Positions 49,511 through 62,149 of a stretch of 64,000 nt of DNA are shown here, one piece after another (within the stretch, counting starts at the first letter, position 1; each line of letters starts with the position of its first letter). The position numbers were made by a program, and so were the translations under genes. The notes beneath the pieces were generated by a model. It made no database searches and was not told where the DNA came from. It worked only from the letters and a program-made list of their open reading frames with translations. The DNA is taken from NCBI RefSeq assembly GCF_964194155.1, contig NC_135881.1:204104001-204168000 (forward strand), written 5' to 3'. Source of the stretch: Cetorhinus maximus. Its lineage: Eukaryota.

Positions 49511-50625
49511 CAAATGACTATAAGAGGAATTGGAATTTAGAATGCAAAGTGTTGTCACAGAACTATGACAAGATGATTGCTATCTCGTATATAGCAGTAG
49601 TAGGGAAGGGGAAACTGGGATAGAACTGGAGCCTAATCTTTACACAGTTATAAGCTTTTATTTACAGAGACACACATTACAGATCCAAAAGCCACAGTTT
49701 CCACCTGCTCCCCTATATATAGGAGCGCAAGTGAACCCCCAGTTATTGTTCAACACCTGAATACAACAGAACAGTCAATTAATATACAACGAGAAATGCA
49801 CTCTTGACATGAAATAGCCACTGCTGTGTGTCAATGTGACATCTTTACTATTGTTACAATGTGAGGTTGTTACAGACCAGGTGAGAGAGAACTGCTGAAA
49901 TCCCTGTCCGTTCCTAACTGTCCGTAATCAGTAAGCTTTTGAGAGGGAGAAGTATGAAATGTAGGAATAAATAAGCATGATCTGATAGACAATACAAGAG
50001 ATATGGCTGTCGGATGACATAGATTGGAACCTGAAGATTGAAGGGTACGTGACATTTAGGAAGGACAGGAAGCTAGGATAAAGTGAAAGGGTAGCTCTGT
50101 TAATTTGCAGAATAGAGAAGGATGAGAAATTATAAAGGCAAGAAGCCATTTATGGGAGTGGTGCACAGGCCCCCTAACAGTACCCACATGGTAGGATGGA
50201 GTACAAAGGAAGAGATAATGGGAGCTTGTCAGAAAAATGTGGTGATAATCATGGAGGATTTTAATCTATATATAGACTGGAGAAATCAGATGGGCAAAGA
50301 TAGCCAGGATGAGGAGTTCATAGAGGTTTTCAGGATTGTTTCTTAGAGCAGCACATTCTGGAGCCAACCAGAGAGCAGGCTATACTAGGCCTGGTATTGT
50401 GCAACGAGACAGGATTAATTAATGACCTCATAGTGAAGGTGATCCTAGGTAGCGGCGATCATCATTTGATTGAATTTTACATTCCGTTTGAGGGAGAGAA
50501 AAGTGGACCCAAGACTAGTATTTCAAACTTAAATGAGGGAAAGTATGAGGGCACGAAAGCAGAGCTAGTTAAAGTGAACTGGCAAACTAGTTTGAAGGAT
50601 AGGTCGATAGAGATGCAGTGGATGG

Positions 50626-51480
50626 CATCTGAAGCAGTCCATGTGGAAATGCAGCAAGACCTGGACTATATCCAAGCTTGGGCTGACAAGTGGCAAGTAA
50701 CATGCGTACCACACAAGTGCCGGGCAATGACCATTTCCAACAAGAGTGAATCTAACCATTGCCTCTTGACATTCAATGGCATTACCATCGCTGAATCCCT
50801 AACTATCAACATCCTGGTGTTACCATTGACCAGAAACTGAACTGAACTAGCCATATAAATACTGTGGCTACATGAGCAGGTCAGGGGCTAGGAATCAAGC
50901 GGTGAGTAACTCACCTCCTGACTCCCCAAAGCCTGGCCACCATCTACAAGGCACAAATCAGGAGTGTGATGGAATACTGTCCATTTGCCTGGATGAGTGC
51001 AGATCCAACAACACTCAAGAAGTTCAACGCCATCCAGGACAAAGCAGCCCACTTGATTGTCACCCCATCCACAATCATTCATTCCCTGCATCATCAACAC
51101 ACAGTGGCAGCAGTGTGTACCATCTACAAGATGCACTGCAGGAATTTGCCAAGGCTCCTCAGACAGCACCGTCCAAACCCACGACTGCTATGACCTTAGA
51201 GGTACAAGGCCGGCAAATATATGGGAACGCCATCACCTGGAAGCTCCCCTCCAAACCACTCACCATCCTGACTTGGAAATATATCGCCGTTCCTTCACTG
51301 TCGCTGGGTCAAAAATCCTGGAACTCCCTCCCTAACAGCACTGTGGGTGTACCTACACCACATGGACTGCAGCGGTTCAAGAAGGCAGCTCACCACCAAC
51401 TTCTCAAGGGCTGTTTAGGGATGGGCAATAAATGCTGACCCAGCCAGCGAAGCCCACATCCCAATGAATGAATTTTTAAA
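50626..51480 (+). mobile_element. CR1/L2-group LINE 3' fragment nested in CR1
   Basis: QQDLDYIQAWADKWQV...; same family as 45615-46930. Confidence 0.9.
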
Positions 51481-51585
51481 AAGTGGCACACAAATAAAGG
51501 GATATTTCAGAATACGCAGAATAGATGGATTCCAGTGAGAAAGAAAAAAAATCCAAAAGGAGGTCCCTCAGTCCATAACAAAAGT

Positions 51586-52830
51586 TAAAAACTCAGCAGG
51601 TCTGGCAGCATCTGCGGAGAGGAACACAGTTAACGTTTCGAGTCCGTATGACTCTTCAACACAACTAAGTAAAAATAGAAAAGAGGTGAAATATAAGCTG
51701 GTTTAAAGGTGGGGGGGGTGGGCGGGGGGGACAGGTAGAGCTGGATAGAGGGCCAGTGATAGGTGGAGATAATCAAAAGATGTCATAGACAAAAGAACAA
51801 AGAGGTGTTGAAGGTGGTGATATTATCTAAGGAATGTGCTAATTAAGGGTAGAAAGCAGGACGAGCAAGGTACAGATAGCCCTAGTGGGGATGGGGTGGG
51901 GGGAAGGGATCGAAAAAGGCTAAAAGGTAGAGATAAAACAATGGATGGAAATACATTTAAAAATAATGGAAATAGGTGGGAAAAGAAAAATCTATATAAA
52001 TTATTGAGAAAAAAAAAGAGGGATCGGAAAGGGGGTGGGGATGGAGGGGAGAGTTCATGATCTAAAATTGTTGAACTCAATATTCAGTCCGGAAGGCTGT
52101 AAAGTGCCTAGTCGGAAGATGAGTTGCTGTTCCTCCAGTTTGCGTTGAGCTTCACTGGAACAATGCAGCAGGCCAAGGACGGACATGTGGGCATGAGAGC
52201 AGGGTGGTGTGTTGAAATGGCAAGCGACAGGGAGGTCTGGGTCATGCTTGCAGACAGACCAAAGGTGTTCCGCAAAGCGGTCACCCAGTCTGTGTTTGGT
52301 CTCTCCAATGTAGACGAAACCACATTGGGAGCAACGAATGCAGTAGACTAAATTGAGGGATGTGCAAGTGAAATGCTGCTTCACTTGAAAGGAGTGTTTG
52401 GGCCCTTGGACAGTGAGGAGGGGGGAAGTAAAAGGGCAGGTGTTGCACCTTCTGCGGTTGCATGGGAAAGTGCTGTGGGAGGGGGTTGAGGTGTAGGGGG
52501 TGATGGGGGAGTGGACCAGGGTGTCCCAGAGGGAACGATCCCTGCGGAATGCGGGGGGTGAAGGGAAGATGTGTTTGGTGGTGGCATCATGCTGGAGTTG
52601 GCGGAAATGGCGGAGGATGATCCTTTGAATGTGGAGGCTGGTGGGTGATAAGTGAGGACAAGGGGGACCCTATCATGGTTCTGGGAGGGAGAGGAAGGTG
52701 TGAAGGCGGATGCGCGGGAGATGGGCCGGACACGGTTGAGGGCCCTGTCAACAACCATGGGTGGAAAACCTCAGTTAAGAAAGAAGGAAGAGGATGATCC
52801 TTTGAATGCGGAGGATGGTGGGGTGATAAG
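51586..52830 (-). mobile_element. Young PLE family B copy nested in CR1
   Basis: ORF 52055..52384 NLVYCIRCSQCGFVYIGETKHRLGDRFAEH (GIY-YIG with CCHH); pLTR with core-mutated hammerhead at 51628-51666. Confidence 0.92.
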
Positions 52831-54278
52831 TCAATCCATGATTAACTAAAAAAAAGTTAAAGATAAGAAAAAGCAATTGCGCAATGATATGTGACAGGTC
52901 AGAAGATTGGACAGAATATAAAAAACAGCAAAGAATGACTAAAAGATTAATAAGGAGAGAAAGATTAGAGTATGAGAGAAAGCTTGCTAGAAATATAAAA
53001 ACAGATATTAAGAGTTTATATAGATGTTTTAAAAAAAGGAGTTAACAAAGTGAGCGAGGGCCTATAGAAAGTGAGTCTGGGGAATTAGTAATGGAGAATA
53101 AGGAGGTGGTGGATAAATTGATCAACAATTTGTCATTGGTCTTCACTCTAGAGGATACAAGTAACATCCCAGAAATATCTGTAAACCAGGAAATATTTTT
53201 AAGGCAGAGCCAGATAGATTCTTGATAAGCAAGGTGGTGAAAGGCTATTGGGGGTAGGTGGGAATGTGGGGTTGAGGTTACGGTCAGATCAGCCATGATC
53301 TTATTGAATGGTAGAGCATCCTCGAAGGGCCGAGTGGCCTACTCCTCCGAATTTGTATGTTTGTCTGCTTTTTATCGCCTGATCGTGAAGACAATTTGAA
53401 TAACCAGCAGCAAATTTTTATGTGGGTTTAAATCAAGAGGATTGTTTATTTACACACTCACCCCAAAATCTAACACTGCGGCACTCGCTCTCACAGTCAC
53501 ACACACAAAACAACTTGAGGAAAGTACAGTTGAAGAGAATAGCGCACTTTTACAGCAAGAAGAATAGTTCATAATTCATGTGATTGTCTTGCTCTGAAAT
53601 GCAAGTGTTGCAGGCCTGACTTAAGAAGATGCCTTCACTCCGGAAAGGTAGTTGAGGTGAATTCAGCGGCTGAAGTGGTCTGAGGATTCCCCTGAAGGGA
53701 TGGACTTTCTGCAGGTCACAAAGTTAGTTTCTTGTAGTCTTGTTACCGGGAGGTCAGTTTGCTGTGTTGGTGGGACCTGGAAAGGAACAGGCTTGGAGAC
53801 TTTGTGATGTTACAGCTTTTGGTTCTTTTGATGCATAGAATGTTATTGTCCTTTCTGCTGCGCATGTATCTTACTTTCTAGCCAGCATGTAAAGATTACA
53901 AAGGGACAAACATGGCTGCCTTACCATGTGACTCCTCACAATGGCAGTTCATTTTCCAAATGTGGTGTCTTGGGTTGGTTAACCACATCGTGGTTTATCG
54001 CTTGAAGACATTCATCCTGAGTGGGGGTTATGACAATCAACATTTCTGTTTCAAAAAGACCCGTTCAGTTCAGGGATGTCTCCTGAGGGGCTCAGCATGG
54101 GTGTAATTGACGCCTGTTAGACTGGGTGTATCATTTTGTTTCTGTTAGACATTGAGGCAGTTTTTGAATACACAGGCCAGGTCATCTGACTTTCGGTGGC
54201 CATCTTTGTGTCACATTGGCTGTTTTTATGAGAAGTAAATTTCAAAGAGTGCACATTGAATAAAGTTCGTATCTTGAA

Positions 54279-55391
54279 TGTTAGAAATAGTGTGCTATGG
54301 TTCATATGATAACATAACATGATTTACTGGGTCTAACAGTGGTTTATAAAGAATATTATGGTTTAGGGTTGTATCTTTAGGTTTTTAAGATTACTATATT
54401 TTGGGTCTGTAGCTTTAAATGTAGGGTGGATGAAAGGTGTCAAGTGACCTGAGCTGGCATCTACCTGGCAGTAAGCCTGGGTGATTTAATCGTTAGAGAT
54501 CACAAGAGATTCAGATTGTTTTATTGAGAGGGAGGTGCAAGATATTTACACTTGTAGACAGTGACAGCAGTTTCTAAGTCTACAATGAGAAGACTCTGAG
54601 TCTCCCAAAGTTCCAGAAAAGTGATCTTGATATTAAGTTGTAAACAGTTGTGCTGTAAACTATCCCTTTCTTTCTAAGATGAAAGAGACTTGGGATATGG
54701 GGCATTTAATTAACATTTCTACTTCAATACAAAGCTAATTTGTTCCCCATTACCATGGTTGAAGAGGGAAGAGGAAACCATTTTGAGACCAGGTTACAGG
54801 CTTCCCCATAAACCCAGGCGTATCACACAGACAGTTGTTTTAGTTGGGCCTTTGTGTGGTCTTCAGCCATCTGAGAGGAGAGAGAGAGCAAAAGATAGAA
54901 GCAGCCAGGCCTGCACCTTAAGCAGAGAAAATGCTGATTCTATCGATCACCGTGTAGAATGCAAGTGGGAGCTCATGCTCAGCTCGAAGACTGAGTTTAT
55001 GAGAAGTTAAAGAAGGCTGAAAGATTTGCCTAGCTTGAAGCTAGAGGAAGACGTCTACAGTGAGAGATAGTCCTGGGATGAGAAGCTACCTAGCTGTGAA
55101 AGTAAAAAGGAAGCAATCCATTGGAAGCTGGAGTAACTGTGAACTGTTTGCTATAAGATCTGTAACTCCATGGAGAGTGCGATGTGTAATAAGTAAAAAC
55201 GAACCGCTAATTTTTATGGTTTAAAGTATAAGTTTCCTACAAAAGAAAATAGCGTTTAGCCAATTGTGTTTTTAGTCACTTGTTACAGTAAAAGTCTTAA
55301 AATGTGAACCCTTGACGTGTTATTCTTTCAGCTGTTAACTGGAAGTTCAGATTTTTCTTTAAAAATGATTGGTCTCCACGGAGATCGTAAC
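54279..55391 (+). mobile_element. Probable solo LTR
   Basis: TGTTA...TAACA termini, AGTAAA ~100 nt before the end; left boundary uncertain. Confidence 0.4.
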
Positions 55392-56054
55392 AACATTGAA
55401 ATACCTGTCGCAGCACCAATTACCGGAGTGACCTGTGCTGCAGGTACTTGGAGTGAGTTTACATGGAAAATGTGGCCCCAAGTAACAAATTCATTATACA
55501 GGTAGTTAGTTAGATCATGTAGTATAATTAAAGATTCAAGCAAGATGCAATCAATGAAAATTATACAGTATCAATCTAATGACACACTTGCCATAAATTA
55601 AGCCCTTTTCTCTGGATATTTATTGGAAAGATTTGAACACCCCCCAGAGCAGTGACTCATAAAATGAAGTGAAGTACAGAGGTGCACCCCTGGTTTCGCA
55701 GTACCATGAGAAATTGGCTCCAATCCTTGTTCCGGATCATTATCTAATGTGAACTGAAATCTCAAACTTGCCTCGACAAAGGAATAGATTGAACTTGGCT
55801 ATCATGTACCCCATGGCCACATAGCTTGCTAATAGTCATTTCTGTGCTCATCCATTATAATGGCCACTTGGAGAGGGGCAGGGGGAGAGCCAGAAGGAAA
55901 CTCTATGTGGAGCTCTACACTGATATCATGCCTTCAGGGCAGAAGTTGGAGAGGCCAGAATTGGTTTTCAACTTTTTTTTTTTAAGTGAACAAGAACAAT
56001 ATTTGAATTTGTATTATAGCTAGCGATTGTCTTTACTGTGAAGACTCTTTGCAG

Positions 56055-56247
56055 AACATGGTTTGAAATTCACAGCCTGTGTGAATGTCCATAGAGACAG
56101 ACTTTGGGATTAAAAACTGATCAGCTAAAGTAGCCCAGGAGGCTGCTCCCAACAATATTGTTCTCCTGAGTGTCAGAACACTTAAGGGAGATTTGATTAC
56201 TGACATCCTTTGGTGAGCTGGCGAAATCATCAGATTAAAGAGAGTGC
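56055..56247 (+). repeat. Diverged direct repeat, copy 1 (copy 2 at 57650-57845)
   Basis: gggagatttgattactgacatcctttggtgagctg..aatcatcagattaaagag vs gggagttttgatttgtgacatcccttggtgagctg..aatcatcacattaaagag; similarity extends ~130 bp upstream. Confidence 0.75.
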
Positions 56248-56812
56248 TGTTCTGTTTGGTGAACTGTGCTAACCTTCATTGTGCAATGCAAGACTGTAAT
56301 GACTGTGCAGTTGATTGGAGCCATTCTGCGCCGACATCAGAACTCGGGACCTCCCTGTCTCCCGCTGTCTCGAGATGAGGAGGTCAGGGGGGCAGCCTCT
56401 GACCCATTTGCATGATGTGTCCTTTTATCCTTTGTAAATGCAAGCAGAAAGATCGCCTTCATTTGCAAGCATTATAATCTTTGCAGGAACCTGGAAGTGA
56501 AATGTCATTCTCTTAATCTCTCTCACATGTGGGGTTTCATTTTGATGTAACCTTAATGAAGGGAGCTTCTCAAAGATAAATGTAGCAGTAAACACTGTGG
56601 AAAAGGTGAATCTCGAACACTGCTTCAGTGTAAACCTTCACAGCAGGTTTAGAGCAACTTTAGGACCGCTGTTAGGAATTTCTGAACACGCCCCGTGTGT
56701 TTCTGGGTGCGCTTTTTGCTCCTCATCTTAAAATGGAGTAATAGAGGTAGAAACCTTGGAATCATTTGCCAGAGTTGGAAGTTGTATAGTTGTACGGCAG
56801 CAGAGAGACAGT

Positions 56813-57527
56813 GGGCTGGATTTTATGTGCTCCCACCGGGCGTGTTTTCAGTGAGGGGGAGCACGTTAAATGGGTCAGGTGGCTAGCCCACCGTCTTCCC
56901 GCCCACACCCAAACCCAAGCTCATCCCCACAATATGCTAGGTGAGTGGGCACCGACCACATGTAAATAAACAGCTGTAAGTCTTATTAGGCTTTTTAGCA
57001 AGCCTATTGACCTGCATAACACGGCCATAATACCGGAGTGGGCAGACGGGCGAGAATGGGCAGGCCGTTTTTATGGCCTACCTGTAAAAAGGCAAGTAAA
57101 GAAGGGGGCACTTCTTTTGGAGGATGCCCTCTGTGCATTGCCCCCCCTCCAACCCCAAGATATCACACCCCCCACCCTCACCCACTCTGGGCTCTAGGAC
57201 CCCTTTCCTGTCCTAAAACCCCAGGACTCCCCTTTCTGGGGCAGCCATGATCATCTCCGTCCTCCTTGCAGTCCCGTCAGCGCCCACTACTGAGCTCTGC
57301 CGCTACTGAGACTGCAAGGCAGCTCCTGAAGGTGGGGGCTTCCTCCCGCTGAGGGACAGGAGTCCCACTCCCAACGACATCAGCCCTGCTGCGGCGTGAT
57401 ATGACCATGGAGTGGGCTTCTTCCGGGCGTGTCGGCTTCTGGTCGACATTCCTACTGGGTGGGGTGGGGGAGGAAGGTGCAAGCAATCCATCACTACCTC
57501 CCCCCCCCCCCCTATAAAATACAGCCC
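56813..57527. mobile_element. Harbinger-like MITE with 14-bp TIRs and 3-bp TSD
   Basis: agt|GGGCTGGATTTTAT...ATAAAATACAGCCC|agt. Confidence 0.8.
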
Positions 57528-58195
57528 AGTGTCTTGAGGGGAGAAAGGGAGTTCCTTCCTTGCAGGGAGTAAATTGTTCTTAAGAAAGTAAGAACAACAC
57601 TGTTACTTTAGTTACAAAAATTATAGCATCAGTCGTTGTGGGCGATGGAAACACTGGTTTGAAAGTCACCGCCTGAGAGACTTCACGTGACAGGCTTTGG
57701 AATAAATTGTTTATTAGTCAAAAATATTCCTGGAGTTTTTTTTTTTCTGTCAATTTTTCCATCTTGACTATCCAAAGACTTCAGGGAGTTTTGATTTGTG
57801 ACATCCCTTGGTGAGCTGCTATAATCATCACATTAAAGAGCGTGTGAGGAATTATGAATCATGTTGCCCTCCACATCCGTAGTTATCTTGTGATCCTCCC
57901 CGGTGCCCATTTAGTGTGACCTCGTCCTTGTTTTATTTAAACCACTTCTTCGTCACTGGGTCCCTCTTCGGTGGTAACTGAGGATGGCATCTCCTGAGTG
58001 TAAAGTTGATTATTTAGGCCTGGATGTTTTTGGCCTGGATGTTTTCTTTTAATAGGTAAGTGTGAACAAAACTGCTCACAATTAAAGCACCCAATAAATA
58101 TCATCGATACGTTCTAGTTTTCTGTCAAATCTGCCATTTATTTTCATTGCAGCAGACATTATTGTAGTCACAAATGTTATTCATTGAATATTTGA

Positions 58196-59692
58196 TGTAT
58201 TGCTGAAAAAAGAGACGCTTTTGAAGTTTTTTTGTCTTGCACTCATCAGGACACTTCGCGAGAATACCTATATAAGGAGAAAACAACAATTTATACTGTG
58301 TGTGAAGAGAGTGCTGATCGGTTGGCAAGTGGACTCTGATTAGTAGAGGTGTTGCCATGGAGACTGCACCAGTGATGGTGACTGACGTTTCACTGCCAAG
58401 CATTGTTTGAAATTTAAACCGGGCAGCCTGACCCTAATTGGTCAACACATTGCCCTGAGGAATGAGTCAGCAAATGGCTGTCATTTATTTAGTTTAAATG
58501 AAACAGGCACATTGTATTTACATGTTCTTTCTGTCTGTAAAGTACAGGGCCCTGTGTATTAATATATGTATCTTCCAGTACCACACCGCCAGCCCGAATG
58601 ACAATCTTAAATTGGCTGTCAGTGTAATTTTTAGCACACTGAGGATTATTTAGCAAATGTTGTCCAATCACAGAATCACATCTAATGTTAGACACGGCTT
58701 TGAGTTTTGCAAGTACAGGCTGGTTGGGTACGGTCTGTACCTTCCCCGTGGCTGGGACATGCTGTTTGATATCTGTGCTTACCTAGCATGACACTGGCAC
58801 TGAAACTCATACACCACATTACTCATTTGTGTGATAGGCAGAATGTCTTTTTGGCTTGCCAGCAGCATCCTGTTAGTGGTGAATACCACTCGTGTTGCTA
58901 CTGCATAGAAGCAGTGTGAAACAGCTAGCTTCACCTGTTGCTCAAATTTTTGAGGTACCTTGCCCTTCCAGGGTAATCGGAGGTAGACTGGACACTTATC
59001 ATGGCCGAAAGTGATGGCCTTAGGCCCCTTCATGAGTTTGCCTGATCTACAGTGTAAAGTGATCTGACCAGGGTAACCATTATACCACAGGATGCCTTTG
59101 TGTCCTATTTCAGCATCAAGCTTGCATGGTGAACAAATGGCTTGGGCCCTATTTACAAGGTTGCTCGAGCCATTTTCTCACCATGCAAGCTTGATGCTGG
59201 ACAACATTTGCTAAATAATCCTCAGTGTGCTAATAATTAGGCTGACAACTAATTTCAGATTGTCAGTCAGCCTCGCAGTGTGACACATTTGCATGTACTG
59301 GGAGCTACATATATTAATACACAGGGCTCTGTTCTTTGCAGACAGAAAGAACATGCACACACTTTGCACCTGTTTCAGTTAAACTAAATATGTGACAGCC
59401 ATTCGCTGACTCATTCCTCAGGGCAATGCCTTGACCAATCAGGGTCGAGCTGCCTGGTTTAAATTTCAAACAATGCTTGGCAGTTAACTGACGGTTATAA
59501 CATCACTGATGCATTCTCCATGGCAACGCCTCTACCAATCATAGTCCACTTGCCAACCAATCAGCATTCGCTCCTCTCGTACAGTATAAATTGTTGTTTT
59601 CCCCTCATATTGGTATTCTTGTGATTGTCCTGATGAGTGCAAGAGGAAAAGCTTTTTTTTTTCAACAATGCACAAGTTTTGTACTACCAAAC
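58196..59692 (-). mobile_element. PLE family A copy with long inverted segment (58196-59166 minus; 59167-59692 plus)
   Basis: ORF 58779..59033 matches ORF 1584..2183; ~59200-59670 is the reverse complement of ~58196-58665. Confidence 0.9.
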
Positions 59693-60281
59693 GACAATTT
59701 GATGTTAAGACCTGCCAAAATCAGAAGGTTGGCTGGATAAATATGTCATGAGTTGGGACCTTGAAATTGTATTTCTCCTTGAACCCTTTGCTTTTTAGCA
59801 CCAGCTCCCTGACCGTAAGTTGATGACTTTGGCAGGAGATGGTTTCTGAAACCACTCCTCAGTTTTCCCTCCACCATTTTGAGTTAAAAATAACTTAAAT
59901 AACTACGCAATTACCAGACAGTGCGGACTGTCAGCTTAGCTGGCAAACGCAGACTGAGCTAAATATCAGGAAACCGTTTTTGGCAAGCGAATAAACAGCA
60001 TGGAATAGTTACCTCCTTGGGCAGACCCCTTGTGCAGCAGAATGCAGCTTATGCTGCCTGTCCTTTCAAAATGTAAATAAATTAAATTATGAATTTCTCA
60101 AAGCAAAAGATTGATTTGTGTTACTGTACCTCTTGCCCTTTTAAGCACATTAATTATTTACAGCCTTATAGCAGTTTGGTCGTATTTAATCAGTTTGTAA
60201 GCGGTGTGATCGTCTGCCCTTTGGGATTGGCAGTTTTTGGGCGTCCTTTTTAATCTTTTGAAATGTGTACTTGCTTTGCAG

Positions 60282-60352
60282 GTGCAGTCTACCTGGAGGG
60301 GGGTCTCGAAGAAGGCAAGCACTTGTTTGGTCGACTCCTGTTCAATGGCTCG
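60282..60352 (+). CDS. DROSHA: DROSHA coding exon (71 nt, phase 1-0): GAVYLEGGLEEGKHLFGRLLFNGS
   Basis: tttgcag|GT ... TCG|gtaac; follows a 15,347-nt intron; matches human GAVYLEGSLEEAKQLFGRLLFNDP. Confidence 0.96.
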
Positions 60353-60849
60353 GTAACATACGCAATGTCCTTATCCACACAATGCTCACTTATCTTTTGT
60401 TATCTAATTTCCTGGAATTAAGTTGGTTTTTTTTTGCATACAATTTAATTGGTATAGTTTTTTTCCCCCCTTTTTCTTTGGGCTTTTTTCTTTTCCAAGG
60501 GGGAATTAACGATTATTTCCTAGAGAGTTCATTCCTGTTCATGGTGAAGTGTTTCTTCCAATTACCTTCTCTTATAGTTTGGCATTTCACAACTGTCTGA
60601 ACTAACAAGTGCATTTAAGTTGTGTTTTAAAGCAGTAAAGTCTTTTTAGTTAATGATTACTTCCCTGACTGGGATGCTGCAGTGGGTCTCCTCTTTTAGT
60701 CCCCTACATGAGCATGAGGTTAAAGAACGATCCAGTGTTCGAGTTGGCGGAGGTGTTCTGTGGATTACACTGATTGTGGAAAAGGCTAAGGCAGAAGTCA
60801 GCTGAAATCTGCAGACTGTTCCCTCTGTTTAACTCTGTCCTTTTCTTTA

Positions 60850-61182
60850 TTCATTTGCTCGTGTGATGCAGGGGTCAGTGGCTGGGCCAGCATTTTTATC
60901 CATCCCTAATTGCCCTTGAGAAGGTAGTGGTGAGTCACCACCTTGAACCGCTGGTGTCCATGTGGTGTAGGTACCCCCACTGTGCTGTTAGAGCGGAAGT
61001 TCTAGGATTGCGATCCAGCGACAGTGAAGGAATGGTGATATCCTTCCGAGTCAGGATGGCGTGTGGCTTGGAGGGGAACTTTGCAGGTGGTGGTGTTCCC
61101 ATGTGCCTGCTCCCCTGGCCCTTCTAGGCGGTAGAGGCCATGGATTTAGAAGGTGCTGTCAAAGGAGCCTTGGTGAGTTGCC
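60850..61182 (-). mobile_element. CR1/L2-group LINE 3' end
   Basis: Reverse complement of 24640-24945. Confidence 0.8.
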
Positions 61183-62149
61183 ATGACCCTGTTGCGTAGA
61201 CTGAGCTTGTCATCTTTAATTCTGTTCATTAATCAAGAGTTCTTACTGTGTAATTTTACATTTAATCAACGCTCTTTGTGTAATGGATGAAAAGATGTTA
61301 GAGCAACTGAATGAGACATTGGAAGAGTAGATGTTAGACGTCCTTGTTCATTGTTTATCATTAGTGATAAAGCATTTTGAAACTTTTCTGAAGAATGCAA
61401 TAATACATCATGTTTATTGGAGATATAAAAAAATTGGCAAGTCAGTTAGTTTTCTTTGTTCATGCAATGTCTCCCACATACCTTGGTTTATTAAAATTTG
61501 TCCAATGCGTGGCTGTTTTAAGAGGTTGTGCTGCAACTCTGTACTTTCCTTAATCTTTGCATCTTTCTTTCTATTTATTCCTCCCACTGTGGTGCCAGTT
61601 CATGGAATGATGCAGCACAGGAGGCCATTCGGCCCAACGCTCCTATGCAGGCTCTTTGAAAGAGCTATCCAATTAGTCCCAACTCCCCCTGTTTTCCTCC
61701 AGAGCCCTGCAAAATCTTCCCCTCCAATTCTCTTTCGGAAGTTGTTCTTGCTTCTATCGCCCTTTCAGACAGACAGTGCGTTCCAGGTCACAACAACTCA
61801 CTTCGTCATTTTCTTCATGTCGCTACCGGTTCTTCTGCCAATTACCGTAAATCCGACTCCTCTGTTACCAATGTTTCTGTCACTCAAATCAGTTTCTCCA
61901 CATGAACTCCATCAAAACCCTTCAAGATCTGTTAATTGTGATGGAACCTATTGTTCAAACATTTTACTTCACGGTTTTCTTGCTCAACAGAGAGTCAAAT
62001 TTACATTGTGGTCCCTCCATGATACAGAATATTCACTTGCTGAGCTCCCCAGTAAAGTCAGGTTCCAGATGAGGCAAAACAATCTCCCTTTTTATTTATC
62101 ATCCGGACAGATGAAAATGACTGGCAGGGGAAGAACCTAGTATATTAGG

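Larger units (their letters stand above)
49930..53365 (+). mobile_element. CR1 LINE (AP-endonuclease region + 3' tail) split by two nested insertions
   Basis: GVVHRPPNS, IIMEDFNL..DW, LGSGDHHLIEF (APE); resumes at 51481-51585 and 52831-53365. Confidence 0.85.

Noticed and set aside
57780-57832. C/D box snoRNA call
   Set aside because: Antisense to the host gene, short, no terminal stem and D box absent in the paralogous copy; kept only as part of the unexplained repeat finding.
61331-62140. Longest ORF (269 aa)
   Set aside because: Intronic, runs through an antisense CR1 tail (~61600-61930), has no recognisable domain; a chance open frame.
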